Origin: Chrysomallon squamiferum
Lineage: Eukaryota > Animalia > Mollusca
Direction of reading: 5' to 3'
Assembly (NCBI GenBank): GCA_012295275.1
Contig: CM022668.1
Coordinates: forward strand, 13,578,001 to 13,642,000
Length of the DNA: 64,000 nucleotides
Below, one piece after another: positions 12,691-26,399 of this stretch. The notes beneath the pieces were generated by a model. The model searched no databases. It saw only the letters and a list, made by a program, of their open reading frames with translations, and was not told the origin of the DNA. The position numbers and the translations under genes were made by a program. Each line of letters opens with the position of its first letter. Within the stretch, counting starts at the first letter, position 1.

Positions 12691-15675
12691 GTGTGTGTGT
12701 GTGGGGGGGTGACTCCAACCCGTTCGGCCCATCCCAGACAGTGCATCAAAATTTCACATAAACCTTTGAGTAATTTCTTTCTTCTTTTTTTTTTTTTGTA
12801 TAATTTAACGCAACTTTAGTGTCTCTGATGTCAAATACGATTCCTATGAATTCATATGAGAGAAGCATATGGAGAGTTTGACTTGTACAAAGTATTAACA
12901 GTTAGCATTAATTTTTTTTTAAATATTGTATTGCTCCCTGCCGTTTGTCGGTCCCTGGGCCTCAATCTAGTCAGCCTTCGGGGTATTGTGGCGCTAGAAA
13001 GACAGCTTTGATCCTGAAGAAACATATATTTATTCCTGAGGAAAACGTATTTCTGCGAAAATAGCAACATACAACCGACACGTAGCTTCCTATGTCGGTT
13101 AACTTTTTTACTTACTATTATTTTGTACTTCTCTTGTCGACTCACTTATTTTGGACGTAATCTAATTAGTGTGTTAATGATATATTATGATAGCACGGAC
13201 CAAATGTTTTATGTTATATGAACCTCAGACTTGTACGTTTCTTCAACCATGCAGCCGACAGAAGCAGATCGAACACACGCACGTACACACAGTTTCCTTC
13301 AAACCGCGTTTAAGTATAAATAATAAAATGAAACAAAAGAATAGAAATAAAGTAACTGAAGCAATCGTTATGAAATCTGCTGACATTTTAGTCATTATCA
13401 ACATGAACGAAGTAAAAGAACAAACTTGTATTTGACTGTTATATGAGACCTCACTGACACACACAGTGTATAAGTGGAATTAATGTATTGTTTAGTTCTT
13501 TATAAATGCATAACATTTGATTATGTGTCCACATGCAAAGATCTGTTTATCTAATATATTATTCTCAGTATGTAGTTTACTTATTGTTGCTTTACATAAA
13601 AAGTTTGGCAAGACATTTCTGTTCTTGTCTAAAAAATATTTCTCCGAAAACTCTTTTGTTGACAAAGTGGTGGCGTTCGTATTTTCTGTCGAGATACCCG
13701 AAGTAGAAATTTAAAAAAAATAAAAAACAAATAGAAAATTAAAAGTATCGACCCATTCACTTTCCGATATCGGATAATGGCTTTATTAGCTATCTGACGA
13801 TGTGTAATCTCTAAAAATAACAACGAGCTGATAGTGTGATAGTTTAATACTTTGAATTCAAGTGTACTTTGTGGAGTTGAAAGTAAAAAATAAAATAATA
13901 ATGCGATGAGACTGCCAAACAGTTTTTGACCGCTGAATCAAACAACTCAGATGTGATGTAGTGATCTGCTATCTGCAACTAGTTGTTTTTGTTGTTCTGG
14001 GTTTTAATTAAATTATTTATTCTTCTTGCTGTTGTCGTGCATTTCGGTTTATTTATTTATTGTTGTTTTGTTATAGTATTGCGTGTTTCTATTATATTAG
14101 TTATTCTTCTTGCATTGTCATGTATTTCTGTTTATTTATTGTTGTTGTTTCTTGTTGTTGACTCTCCAGTTGAAGCCACAATAGTATTGTGCATTTTAAG
14201 TAAGCTAAGGTAATACTTGGACCATTCTGAAGTTGCTTTATTTTGAATATTTAGTTTGTGATGTAGGAACTATAAACCATTTATTTATTAGTTTATAGCT
14301 GGTTTTGCTTTCCACTGTGACTTTCTTTATACTGTAACTGTATTTAATACATCTAACAATACAATGGCCTGAGACTATGATAACAAGATACCCAAATTTT
14401 GACATGACCATATTACACTGGGAACAATAACAAAAACACCACCACCACCACCACCACCACCACCACCAACAACAACAACAGCAACAACAACAACAATAAT
14501 ACAAATAAAATATCGGTACTTGTATCATAAAGTGTTGCATTGGTTCACACAGATTATAAATAAAGAAAAGGTGCTCCAACAAAGAGGGCGAAATTAAACA
14601 CGAACGATGTTGCAATTCAAGGGAGAGAATTTAATTTTTTTTGTATTCTTTTTTTTGTCACGAATTCTCATAGTTAGCTTTTGTCGTCGCTTGAGTTTGT
14701 TTTCTTTTCTTGTTGTCGTTGTTGTTGCTAGTTGTTGCTGCTATTGTTACTGTTCTGAAATGTGGTCAAACTTAGTTTTATTTGCTGTCACTTTTTGTCT
14801 TTTTATTTTAATGTTTTGTTTCAGAATTTACACACACAAACACACACACACTTTCATCGTGGTGTTGTTAATACTTAATTCTTCGTGATATTTTGTTAAC
14901 AAGTAGGTATGTTATTATTATTATTATTTAGGTACCGACATGCAATATTTTTCTAACTTTAATTTCACATAATATGCAAAAAGAATGAAAGCACAAAAAA
15001 AAAATGATGACTCAATCTCCAGCGGTTAAGAAGATATATACAAATCGGTGCGACAGGTATTTGGTTGGTTTTCAGCCCAATTTTGAGTAATTAGCAGAAA
15101 GGGTTACTTTGGCCAGCTGTAGTTTGAAAAGTAATTGACAAAAAGGGCTGAAAGTCAACAAGAGTGAGGGGACCAACTTGCTAAATGAGCTCATTTTTTT
15201 TTCAGACCTGTATGTTTGTGTGTTCACAGTAACATGCTGAACATGCCAAAATCTTCAAAATGGCACATGGCAGAATGACTAAAAGTTCAAATAGATACTG
15301 TGGTTTCAGTTATTGTCTTATTTGACAAATTCAACCTGTGTTGTGAACAATTTATCAAGATCTTTCAAATGACATACTTGAATCTAACATTTTTGATAAT
15401 TTTTTTGTTTTTTCTGACTAGCCCATACAAAAAATTACCTTTTGAGTTTATATAGAACAGCACAACTTTATTTACATAAGCAGCTTCAATTTTCACTCTA
15501 TTAAATAATTGGTAGTAATAAGTTAAGATACTGTGATGTGTATATATCACATATATATAAATGTTACTTAAAAGGTCTACAAGCATTTGATATTTAACCA
15601 TAATCCTTTGCAATACATAAACTCATCTAATCCTTGGAATCAACTTCAGAAAGTTGTTGCAGGTGTTAATTAGGG

Positions 15676-15737
<62 letters not shown>
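15676..15737. repeat. Perfect 62-bp palindrome (AAT)n(ATT)n
   Basis: 31-bp arms with no spacer, centre at 15706/15707. Confidence 0.9.
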
Positions 15738-16285
15738 GCTATTATTATTATAGATGTTCTTGATTGTTTCTACACATATATAATCATGTACTCTTGTTTC
15801 TTTATTACAGTAATTTATCTCAATATTTTTTAAGCATAAATATTTATCACTAGGACTTACAAAATAATTAGCATTGATTTACTGATATATAATAAAGATA
15901 ATCAAAAGTTTATGTTTCTAATTAATTTATTTTATATTTTGTAATATTAGTGTGCATCAGTCAGATATTCTATACTGTATGTATTGAGATATATAACTTT
16001 AAATCAACATTTCTGACCTTAACTTGGTTTGTCTGTTTCTGTTTCGGTTGTATGTCTTTATCACGAGTGGCTTTTACTTCGGTGATATTATGTTGGTCTT
16101 TAAGCATATTAAGGAACAAATGCTATTCCTGTTAATGAGAAAGTTTAGAGAAAATATCATTTGCTGAAGACTGAAAAAGAGTAACCCCAGTGTAAAACAG
16201 TTATATCTTTCACTTGTTTTTATCCGTTTGATCTTTTACTGTATGTATGATTCTACAAAACTGTACATTAGAAATCAATTAAAAT

Positions 16286-16387
<102 letters not shown>

Positions 16388-16611
16388 ATCTTCATCTTTC
16401 CATAGTGTTTTCATGCTTAAAATATCAAAAGTAAATATTTGAATTTTAAATATTAAAAACATTTGAGCATTTTCTGTTTGCACTAATTTTATTTTTATTC
16501 TCAAACGATAAAGAAACCACAACAAAAAAGAAAAGATAAAAGTTTCATTATTAATTATGCAAATGCAGATATTCACTCTAGTTATGGAATGTTACTTAAT
16601 AATAATATGAG

Positions 16612-16642
16612 AGTAGTAGTACTAGTAGTAGTAGTAGTAGTA

Positions 16643-16686
<44 letters not shown>

Positions 16687-16690
16687 AGTA
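16612..16690. repeat. (TAG)n microsatellite
   Basis: Direct reading. Confidence 0.9.
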
Positions 16691-17261
16691 ATAACAACAA
16701 CAACTAGTAGTAATAATTGTTGTAATGATGATTAATCATTACTATAAAAACAATAAATAATTACTATACTAAAGTAGTAGTAATGCAATGGAAATAGTAG
16801 CAGTAGCTTTATATTATAAAGATAATTTACTAAATAAACTGGCCAAAACTTACATAAACTGTGTAAGCATAACCCAGATTAATGTTCGCACAAAAATGTT
16901 TTTAAAAGTTGTCTAAATTATTTTCTTTTAATATCGTTTGTTCTGTAGATAAGATATATCTACAATACTAAGAAAGAAAAAAAAATATGGGGAACTGATG
17001 GTAAAATATAAAGAATTAAAGAAAAATCTAGCAATGTTTTTTTTTTTTTTTTTCTAATCAAATAAAAAAAGAAAATTCTTTTAAATATTTATGACAAAGT
17101 TAACATTCAATTCAGTAGTTATTGTTTGTTTTCTTTACAAATAAAATCTTAGATTATTTTCGTTTATTTTCATTTGTTATCTCCAACATCATACTGCGGC
17201 TCATTTACCTAATAAAATGTCTTGAATGTAGAACCTAGTTTTTAAAAGTTATTTTCAATAA

Positions 17262-17425
17262 CAGGAATATCCTTTAGCCAGTATTTCCATCATTTCAAGA
17301 CAGTGGAACAACAGGGCTACCGATGATGTTAGAGATTGTCCATGACCTGGCAGACCAGGAAAGACAACAATAAGAAAGGACATAGCATACTGAGTGTTCT
17401 TCCATGGGACACAAGTACATCTTTA
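17262..17425 (+). mobile_element. Tc1/mariner fragment
   Basis: Shares atttccatcatttcaagac...ggcagacc...acaacaataag...tgggacacaag with the relics at 4490 and 56570. Confidence 0.6.
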
Positions 17426-17910
17426 TGGTTAGGGTTAAAGAAAAAGAAATTTGTATCCAACATCTTTCACTTCTGATTATCAGTTTGATCTTTTACTTAT
17501 GTTTGATTCAAGAAAACCATAGATTATCAACTATAATTAAGATCTCTCTCTAAGATAGTAGTAGTACGAATGATAAATATTAGCCAAACTTATAAACATG
17601 AATATTCACAGGAGGATATGCATAGAAATTTACTAAATAAATTGGCTCAAACGTGCATGTACTGTGTAAACACAACATAGATTAATGTTTGCAACACAAT
17701 ATGGTTTGTTCTACAGATAAGATATATCTAGAATGCTAATACGCAAAAATATGAGGAACTGATGTTAAAATATAAAAGATTAATGAATAATCCATTAATG
17801 GTTGGGTTTTTTTTCTAGACAAATCCTGTACAATATTTATTAGAAAGTTAATATTCAGTTGTTAGTTCTTTGCTTTTAGTTTTTATCTCAAACATCTTAC
17901 TGAGGCTTGT

Positions 17911-19073
17911 TTAACTCGTAAGCCAAGTCCAGACTTTTGTAAGGACATTTGTAAGAGAAATCAGGAAAGCGTCGTTTGTTTCTGCGTCCTTTCTCACTTC
18001 ATTTCTTGCCTCTCTCCTATATTTTTCTTCTTTTTTTCTGAGCTTTTTTTCCAATTTTATCTGTGCTTCTTTTTCCATTTCCATCTGCCTCATTTTTGCC
18101 CTCATCTCGGCCATCTGCTGCTCCGCTTCCATTTCTTTTATTTTCCTCAAATTTTCTTCCTGAAATTTCTGTTCTATTCTTTGCATTTCTCGTTCTCTAT
18201 CTTTCTCCTTCGATAGTTCCTGTTCGAGTTTTCTTATTTTCTCATTTTTCTCTTTCAACATTTGCTCTTCGCGTTTTCTTATTTCTTTTTCTTTCTCCTT
18301 CAGTATTTTCTCCTCGCGTTCTTTCGCCTCTTTTGCTTCTTTTTCCAATTTCTGCTTGAATTCTCTCTCAATTTTTTCTCGCTCCTTTTGTAGTTCTTCT
18401 TCTTTCTTTTTCAGTATTTCTTTTTCACGCTTTTGTACTTCTTTTTCAGCTACTTTCAATAATTCCGATTTATAACATTCGCGATTATGTTTTTTCACGT
18501 TTCTTTGTATCATCTCGATCAGCTGAAGAACCATTTCTTCTTTTTTTTTTTCATCTCTTTCGCGATTGTTGAATCCGACATATCTTCTTCCACATTTGTC
18601 GATTAATTCTTTTAGGTTTTTTGGTGCCGTAGACAGAAAACCTTCCAGAGTTTTTCCGTCTTCTTCAAGATCGTCTACTCGGGTGAACAGCAAGAACAGG
18701 TAATCAAACAATGCCTTTCCAAATACTTGCTCAAAGTATTCAATTGTATTTTGTTCTTCCTTAGTAAACCTCTTTGCCTGTACAACCATGATGAATGCAT
18801 GTGGTCCTGGAGCACTCATCGTTATACACTGGATGATTTCTTTCGTAATCTCTCCGTGTGAACGTTCAGTATCGAATGCTCCTGGTGTATCAACGATGAC
18901 AATATTCTGATGAAATCGAGTTTTGTGTCCTACCTTGCAGGTTGCAGTAACTGAAATAGCACTAGCTTCAGAACGAAAATGTTTCTCTCCTAGGATGGTA
19001 TTTGCTGACGCACTTTTTCCTGAGCCAGTAATTCCAATCAAAACAAGCCGCAGTTCGTTGTTAGTAACCGAAT
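17911..19073 (-). CDS. GIMAP: GIMAP/AIG1-type GTPase copy 2, terminal coding exon
   Basis: Uninterrupted ORF with GITGSGKS, DTPG, PGPHAF, RFT, TRVDDL, FNN and coiled coil; ends VLTKVWTWLTS*. Same phase-1 acceptor ttctttcag|AT at 19073. Confidence 0.95.
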
Positions 19074-19329
19074 CTGAAAGAATATCAAATAAACTCAATG
19101 TAGAATTGAAGACATTATTTTTATTTTCTTGTTGCTCCTAATATTGTCAATAGCATAAATCATTACTATTATCATTATTACGGCTTGTCTACTTATTATA
19201 TATCTGTCAGCCTCTCCATCGGTATAAGTATTATTTTCTCGTTTTTCCTGTTATTGTTGCTGATGAAATTAAATAATCATTATTATCATCGTTATTACTA
19301 TTTCCATTAAATTAAGCACTAATATCACA

Positions 19330-19448
19330 ATATTACAACTACTATCATTATAACTATCTCTAGTGTTAGGCCTCTCAAACCACTGTTACTATTACTATTA
19401 CTACCATTGCATCACACCGACTGCTATTACTCTCTATAACAACTATTA

Positions 19449-19484
<36 letters not shown>

Positions 19485-19975
19485 GAACTAATATTACTAC
19501 TCTCTACAACTATTATTAATACTCTCTCTATAACTACTATAACTACTCTCTCTGTACTAATACTATTGCTACTCTTTCTACAACTACTATTACTACTCTA
19601 TAACAACTATTACTACTGTGTCTTCAACTACTACACTACTCTCTCTCCAACTACCATTATTACTCTTGCAGAAACTACAGCTACTAATACAACACTTACT
19701 GCAAATACTGTAAGTATGTATTACTAATGTCTCTCTCTAAAACTAATGTTACTACTCTTTCTACAAAAACTAGTGCAGCTCTCCTTACAGTTATTGTTAT
19801 TACTACCTCTGTCTTCAACTACTATTACAACCCTTTCTACAATTACTACTACTACTCTGTCTACAACTACTATCGCTACTCTCTATACAGTTACTATTAT
19901 TACTCTCTCTACAACTGTTTTACTAAGTTCTCTACAACTACTATTACTACTCTCTCTGCAAATACTACTCTATGC
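19330..19975. repeat. Degenerate G-poor minisatellite (ctctctacaactactattacta-like, about 21-24 bp) in GIMAP intron
   Basis: Recurring unit; paralogues at 38405-38790 and 54980-55590. Confidence 0.8.
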
Positions 19976-19979
19976 AAAT

Positions 19980-20078
19980 AGTCCTGAAATCACGTTTGTA
20001 ATTATTATATGTGATACTCTCTCCTGTGAATTTGCATTTAATACTGAGTACCATAATTGTCAGAGGCTACAGAGTGGC
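19980..20078 (+). mobile_element. Tc1/mariner 5' fragment
   Basis: gaaatcacgtttgtaat...ccataattgtcagaggctaca matches 4596-4700. Confidence 0.55.
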
Positions 20079-21059
20079 TATTACTACTATCTCTACAACT
20101 AATATTACTATACACTCTCTCTAAAGATACTATTATTACTATATCTGAGGAAACAGTATTTATTTGGGAGGAAAACGTATTCTCTGAAAACAGCTACTTA
20201 TCATCAACCCACTTTATTATTTGTCAATGTGTGATGCCTGAAAATAATAACTTGCTGATAGTGTGATAGGACAAATTTTATAGACATTATTTGTAATATG
20301 AAATATGTAAGAGAAAGATACATCTATATAGAACTATTGTTCTAATGATAATCCATGAAGTAAACATTCCCTTACTAAAGAAAACAACTGCACATATAAG
20401 ACCAACTTGACATATCTACTATCCGACACTTCTTAATTCTACTACAGATACTGCACAAAATAAGAGTTTTTACTTCTCGGGCTGACACACTTGTTGTAGG
20501 ACCTAATCTAATTAGTCGGTTATTTTCGAAGGCCTTCCACTTTAGATTATTATAAGTATATAAATAAATAAATAAATACACCAGATAGTTTGCAGTATTA
20601 TGTTAACCGGGATCAAACGTTTTATATTATGAGAATCTTAAATGTACGTTTCTTCAACAATGCAAAAGACTGAAACACATACGTACACACAGAGATTCAT
20701 CCAAACCGCACAAGGATAAATAAAAGAAAGCATGGTTTAAATATACAGTAAATAGAAATTAAAAATACTAAAACAATAAAAAAAAGTAATAAAATTAAAA
20801 AATTAAAAAAAATGAAGCAACACAATCGTGGTTCAAATCGGCTGAAAAAATATCATTATCAAGTAAAAAGACAAACTCATCTTTGTATTTGAGTGTTATA
20901 TGAGACCACAATAACAATACAGCGTGTGTAAGTTGAATTATTATATTGTTTAGTTCTTCATAATTGCACTGATATGTAACAGTTGATAACGTGTCCACAT
21001 GCAAAGATCTGTTTATTGAATATGTTATTTCTGTGTATAGTTAATTTGTTGTTTCTTTA

Positions 21060-21280
21060 TCATTTCCAGAGAACAGACGAGACTAACTGGATTAATGCAA
21101 AATTGCTGAGCATCTCATATTTCACCGTGGATCACATTTGGGAGCAGAAAAAAGATCTCTCTCTAGAACATCGTGTGACAAGAAGTGATAAGTAAATATG
21201 TAAACAAAGGTACATGTTTGAAAAAGTTTCCTGCATTTCATTTTTAGCAATTATGAGCAAATGAAAAACAAAGACTGAGG
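21060..21280 (-). mobile_element. hAT dimerisation-domain relic
   Basis: Same module by DNA similarity. Confidence 0.6.
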
Positions 21281-22399
21281 GTTGACTCTCATCACTATGA
21301 CCCAGCTTCTGACTGCGTCAGTATTTCACATGAGTCTTTGTATAATTTCTTTTTTATATAGTTTAACGCACCATTAGCTTTTCTCTTTCAAAGAGGATAC
21401 CTATCTCTTAATTTCTGTGACGTGCATGGAGCGTTTCACATGTACACGGGGGTATTAACCTTTAACACTAAAAAAAAAAAAACGCTTAGTCATTCTTAGG
21501 AGTAATGCGGCTCAGGCATTTGATCCGGAGCAAAGCTATATTTATTGCACATGGAAAAACCGTGTTTATTCCTGACGAAAACGTATTTCTCCGAAAATAC
21601 CAGTTTACGATAGACACATAGTTTCTTATATCGGTTAACTGCTTTATTTACTTTTATTTTTTATTTCTCGGGTCGATTCACTTGTTTTGGATGTGATCTA
21701 ATTAGTCTATTAATTTCCATTTGATGTTTTATGATAGCACGGACCAAATGTTTTATGTTATATGAATCTCAGATCTTCAACCATACAGAAGACTGAAACA
21801 CATACGAACACAGACAGTAAACACAGATTCATACAAACCACATAGAGTATAAATAGAACACAACACAGATTAAATATAGCAACAAACACCCTTTCTTTCG
21901 AAAAATCAGTCAATATTTTCGTTACATAGAAACAAAATGACTGAAAAATACATCAGTAATTCATTTACAGAAAATGAATGCTCACTTTTTCTGTAAATAA
22001 ATATTAAAAATAATTAAAAAAATAAATGATAAAAGTAAAATAAAGTAAATAATTAATAAAAATAATAAAATAAAATAAAATAAAATAAAATAAAATAAAA
22101 TAAAATAAAATAACTAAAACAACTGTCATGCAAATCTGCTGAAGAGTATGTGAAAAGATGATGGAATGTCAACATCAACATGAACGTCCAACCTCCGAGA
22201 AGTAGCAGCGCGCAATATCGCCAATTTGACGCTTTTCTTTCGTACAATTTATTGCAATATTATCGGAAATCGAGTAAGAAAGAAAATATTATCATCATTT
22301 CAGACAACCTTAAACTAGCGTGAAGTAAAGCGGTACCAAAATAACTGCACCGTACAGTAAATTTGAACACATACATGCTTACATAGGTATCTACGTACT

Positions 22400-22680
22400 C
22401 AAACATGTTTTCTCCTTCATGTTTCAATAAGCTGATTCAAAATATTGTTCAAATTTAATTTCCGGAGCACAGATGATTCTACATGGATTGATGACCAAGT
22501 TATTGGGCTTTTCGTCTTTCAGGGTGTGTAATTCTTAATACGTCTAAGAGCATCAAAAGACTTAGCTGCAGAAACGTTTGCGACAAGAGGTGACAAGTAA
22601 ATACATAAACAAATCTACATGTTTGAACAAATTCATTTTTCACAGTTTTGACTAGCAGAAAAATTAAGATTGGGAGGTGA
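22400..22680 (-). mobile_element. hAT dimerisation-domain relic
   Basis: Same module by DNA similarity. Confidence 0.6.
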
Positions 22681-23349
22681 CACTCAACCGTTAGGGATAA
22701 CAAATAAATAGATTAAAAAATAAAAACAAATATTAAGATACAATAATAAATAAATCAATAGAGAGGAAGATAGATAAAACAAATCAATGAATGAATGAAT
22801 AAATAAATTAAATAAATAAATAAATAAAATGAAACTTAAGAATATATAATAGAATAACTGAAACAATCGTCATGCAAATCTGCTGAATATTAGGTCAAAG
22901 GTTTATGAAATGTCATTATCAACATGAACGTTTTACCTACGAGAGCTAAAAGAACAAACTCGTCTTTGTATTTTACTGTTATCTGAGACCTCACTGACAA
23001 TACACTGTGTATAAGTGGAATTAATGTTTTGTTTAGTTCTTTATAACTACACTGACATGTAACATTTAATAACGTGTCCACATGCAAAGCTCTGTTTACC
23101 TAATATGTTAAACTGTGTATGTAGTTTACTTATTTTTGGTTTATAAAAGGTTTGGCAAGACACTTCTGTTCCTGAGGAAAAACATATTTCTCCGAAAAAT
23201 GATTCACAGTGCTAGGAACGTGAAAAAGACACGGTGTTAATATTTTCTATGAGGACATCCCAATATTAAATTTGTAAAAATAATTACCATTACTGTACTG
23301 TAAATTTAGAAATATAGAGGCCTACATTAGTTTCTAGCTACATACACCT

Positions 23350-23625
23350 TTTTCTTGTTGATTTTTCATCAACCTGATCCAGAATATTATTAAAATTTAA
23401 TTTCCAAAGCACAGACTATTTTACATCTATTAATGCCAAATTAAAGAGCTTTTCATCTTCCAGAGAGGATCACAAGTAATTCTTCATACGTTTAAGAGCA
23501 GAAAAAACCTCTCTCCAGAAAAGTTGGTATCAAGAAGTGACAAGTAAATAGGCACGCAAACGTACGTGTTTGGAAAAGGTTCTTGCGTTTCATTTTTAAC
23601 AGCTTTTACTAACTAAAAAAACTAA
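23350..23625 (-). mobile_element. hAT dimerisation-domain relic
   Basis: Same module by DNA similarity. Confidence 0.62.
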
Positions 23626-25299
23626 ATTTAATTTTTTTTTATGTTGTTTAATGCTCCCTTAGATAAAATAAGTTTCCAAATTAAAAAAGAAGTAAACAAA
23701 GTCCACTAAAACACTTTTTATCAACTTAAGTATCTTGCTGATGCTGAATTTCGTTTTATTAATTAACTGATTAACTAATTTATTTATTAGAATTTAATTA
23801 AATTTAAAATGTCTTACCCGAATCCATAGTTTGTCTTTTCCCCAAGTTAATAAAAATCCAAAACTGAATTCAGCTCGGGCTGTTCACTACAGATTTAGCT
23901 TGTCATAGCCTCTTGACGACAAATGCAGCACAGTACTCATTGTTGCTTTATACAACTCTTTGTAAAACACGTCTGTTCCTGGGGAAAACCTATTTCCCCG
24001 AAGACAGCTAGTTATGGCCTACCCACTTTCCCATATCAGCTAACAGGTTCATTAACTTCTGACTAGGCGTAATATCTAAAAATAACTACGCGCTAACAAA
24101 ATGTGACATGGCAGATATTAATACTTTGAATTCATGTGTGCATTGTAGATTTTAAACTGAAATAATGATTTAATAAATATTTCATGTTATCGTACCAATA
24201 TTAGATCTAGATATTTCTTCAAACATGGATACATATAGCCAAACATGTATACAAACCACATATAGTATAAAATACAACACATTAACATGGACTTTCTGTA
24301 ATGGCTGAACGCCCTCTGTTTAAGAAATACATGTGTAATTGTATTACTTAGAAATTCAGATATGTGTAATTCTGAAGAATAGGTTTGAAGTACAATATTA
24401 TAAGATACTACTGCATTTGTTTGTATCTCAACACTTTTTTTACTTGAAATTGTTGTATTAGGCTGTTAAACATACCAATCAATATACACACACAGAGAAA
24501 CACGCAACATAATAATAATAATAATAATAATAATAAGTAACTAAATAAATAAATAATAGAAAAAACAGTTTCAATTCAAATAATAGTCATGAAAATCTGT
24601 TGAAAATTAGGTCAAACGTTATGATCAATAGAAACGTGATTCACTTGAGAACTACACGAAAGAACTCGTCCTTTTTTCTTCTTATATTCTGTGTGAATAT
24701 AATTTTCTTATCGTTGCTTTATAAAAGGTTTGGCAACACACGTTTGTTTCTGAAGAAAATTATATTTCTCCGAAAACAGCCTTTTAGTGACAAAGTCGTG
24801 GTGTTCGTATTTTCTATCGAAACACCCCTAGTACTAAATTTAAAAACAGTTATGAGAAGTACTACTAACTCAGTTACTGATGTGCTTTTTTCAAATAGTT
24901 TAATTTATTCTTAACTCGATTATTCTGTATGTCTGTCCCTCTTTTTCTCCGTCTGCCCATCTATCTACCTGAAATCGTCTATATAGATATACATTTTGTA
25001 ATGAAAGTATCCCCGAAAAGGTCATTTATATTGATCAGCCACATCCTAGAGTAATTTTAATTGACAATAAAAGACAAACAATATTTAAGTGATAAATTTA
25101 GTCATTTAAGTGTTGTTAAAAGTTTCATTACGAGCTTTTTTATATTAATAAGTTTCAAAATTAAGAAGGAAGTAAACAAAATTCACTAATATCATTTTTT
25201 TAATTTCAAGTATTTTTGTCATGATAAATTAATTAAATCATTTTTCTATTATAGTTTAGTTAAACTTAAAAGGTCTTATTAAAAGCCATATTTAGGGTA

Positions 25300-26200
25300 A
25301 GCTAATAAAACCGTTGTCATGTGGCTAATACCAAAAGTGGATGGATATTTATTGTCAGTGGAACTAGACACAGGCTCAGCAATTTCTTTGATCTATAAGT
25401 CAATATATAAAAACATTTTGATGGTAAAAAAACTGCGCTTGTCATATATTTTTCTCAATACATGTTCTGGAGAGAAGATTGTACCACTTTGTGTAATAAC
25501 AGTCAGTGTTTCCATGAATAATGAGAAAAAATAACTAGATTCGATTTGCAGTTCCACAGCAGAGCCCACCATAGTTTGGTCGTGACTGGCAACGTTCTAT
25601 AAAACTTATCTGGAATCCAATCAAGTTTATAACCACTTCGAGAAAAAAGAACACCCATGACATCTGTTGATGATCTCAAAATGAAATACAGCAAAGTATT
25701 TAAAGAAGAATTAAAAACATATGTCTGGTCCAATTAAAGTTGCACAGTATTCTACTCCGAAGTTCTGTAAAGCAACCTCAAGTAGATGAGTAACTGGAAA
25801 GGCTGGTCAAAGCTGGTATGCTTCGACAGGTAGAACACAGCGAATGAGCTACTCCAGTTGTTCCCATTTTAAAGAAATGTGGAACAGTTCAACTTTGTGG
25901 CGATTTTAAAGTGACTGAATCCTGTGCTGCAAGTGGATAAATACCCACTTCCAAGAACAGAAGATATTTTAGCCACTCGCGAAGAAGGAGAACACTTCAG
26001 CAAGATCTACCTTCGGAATGCTTATTTGCGGATGGAAGTGAGAGAAGACGTACATGTTCTGACAAGAAACACAAAGCGGCTCCAGCAATATGACAAAGAG
26101 TTACTGACCATGTGTTTCATAGAATTCCAGGTGTTCAGTGTATCCTAGCTGATATGATCATTACTGGAAGGGCGGATACAGAGCATTTAGGACAATTATA
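25300..26200 (+). mobile_element. Gypsy/Ty3 LTR-retrotransposon pol fragment (protease + N-terminal RT), degenerate
   Basis: Aspartic protease motif VELDTGSAISLI, then RT-like ATPVVPILKKCGTVQLCGDFKVT and QVDKYPLPRTEDILA...FSKIYLRNAYL, with stops and frameshifts. Confidence 0.85.
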
Positions 26201-26399
26201 CATATTCCTACAAGATTTCTGTAAAAAGATTACTGCTGACTAACTGTACATATTTAAATGATGCGTACTGTTAGAAAGATTTACAGAATTGGATAGATAA
26301 CATATTTATTTACTTTAGTAACGGGATACCCATCTGTCCCTTATCAAAACGTCACAGGTTCGAAAGTGCTCCATGTTAATCCCGTACTTTGCAGCAAAC

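Noticed and set aside
19074-19098. ORF-track N-termini MSLFDILS / MSIFEFLS and starts such as MIGITG
   Set aside because: These use TTG/GTG starts or read through intron sequence; a conserved ttcag| acceptor marks the true exon start.
19727-20102. Thr/Tyr-rich mucin-like ORFs (also 38441-38793, 55014-55610)
   Set aside because: Products of the intronic minisatellite; frames are not conserved among copies.
20376-20447. Possible upstream exon of copy 2 (tgtgcag|...MSSWSYMCSCFL TA|gtaagg)
   Set aside because: The ATG frame ends in phase 2, incompatible with the phase-1 acceptor at 19073, and no paralogue was seen.
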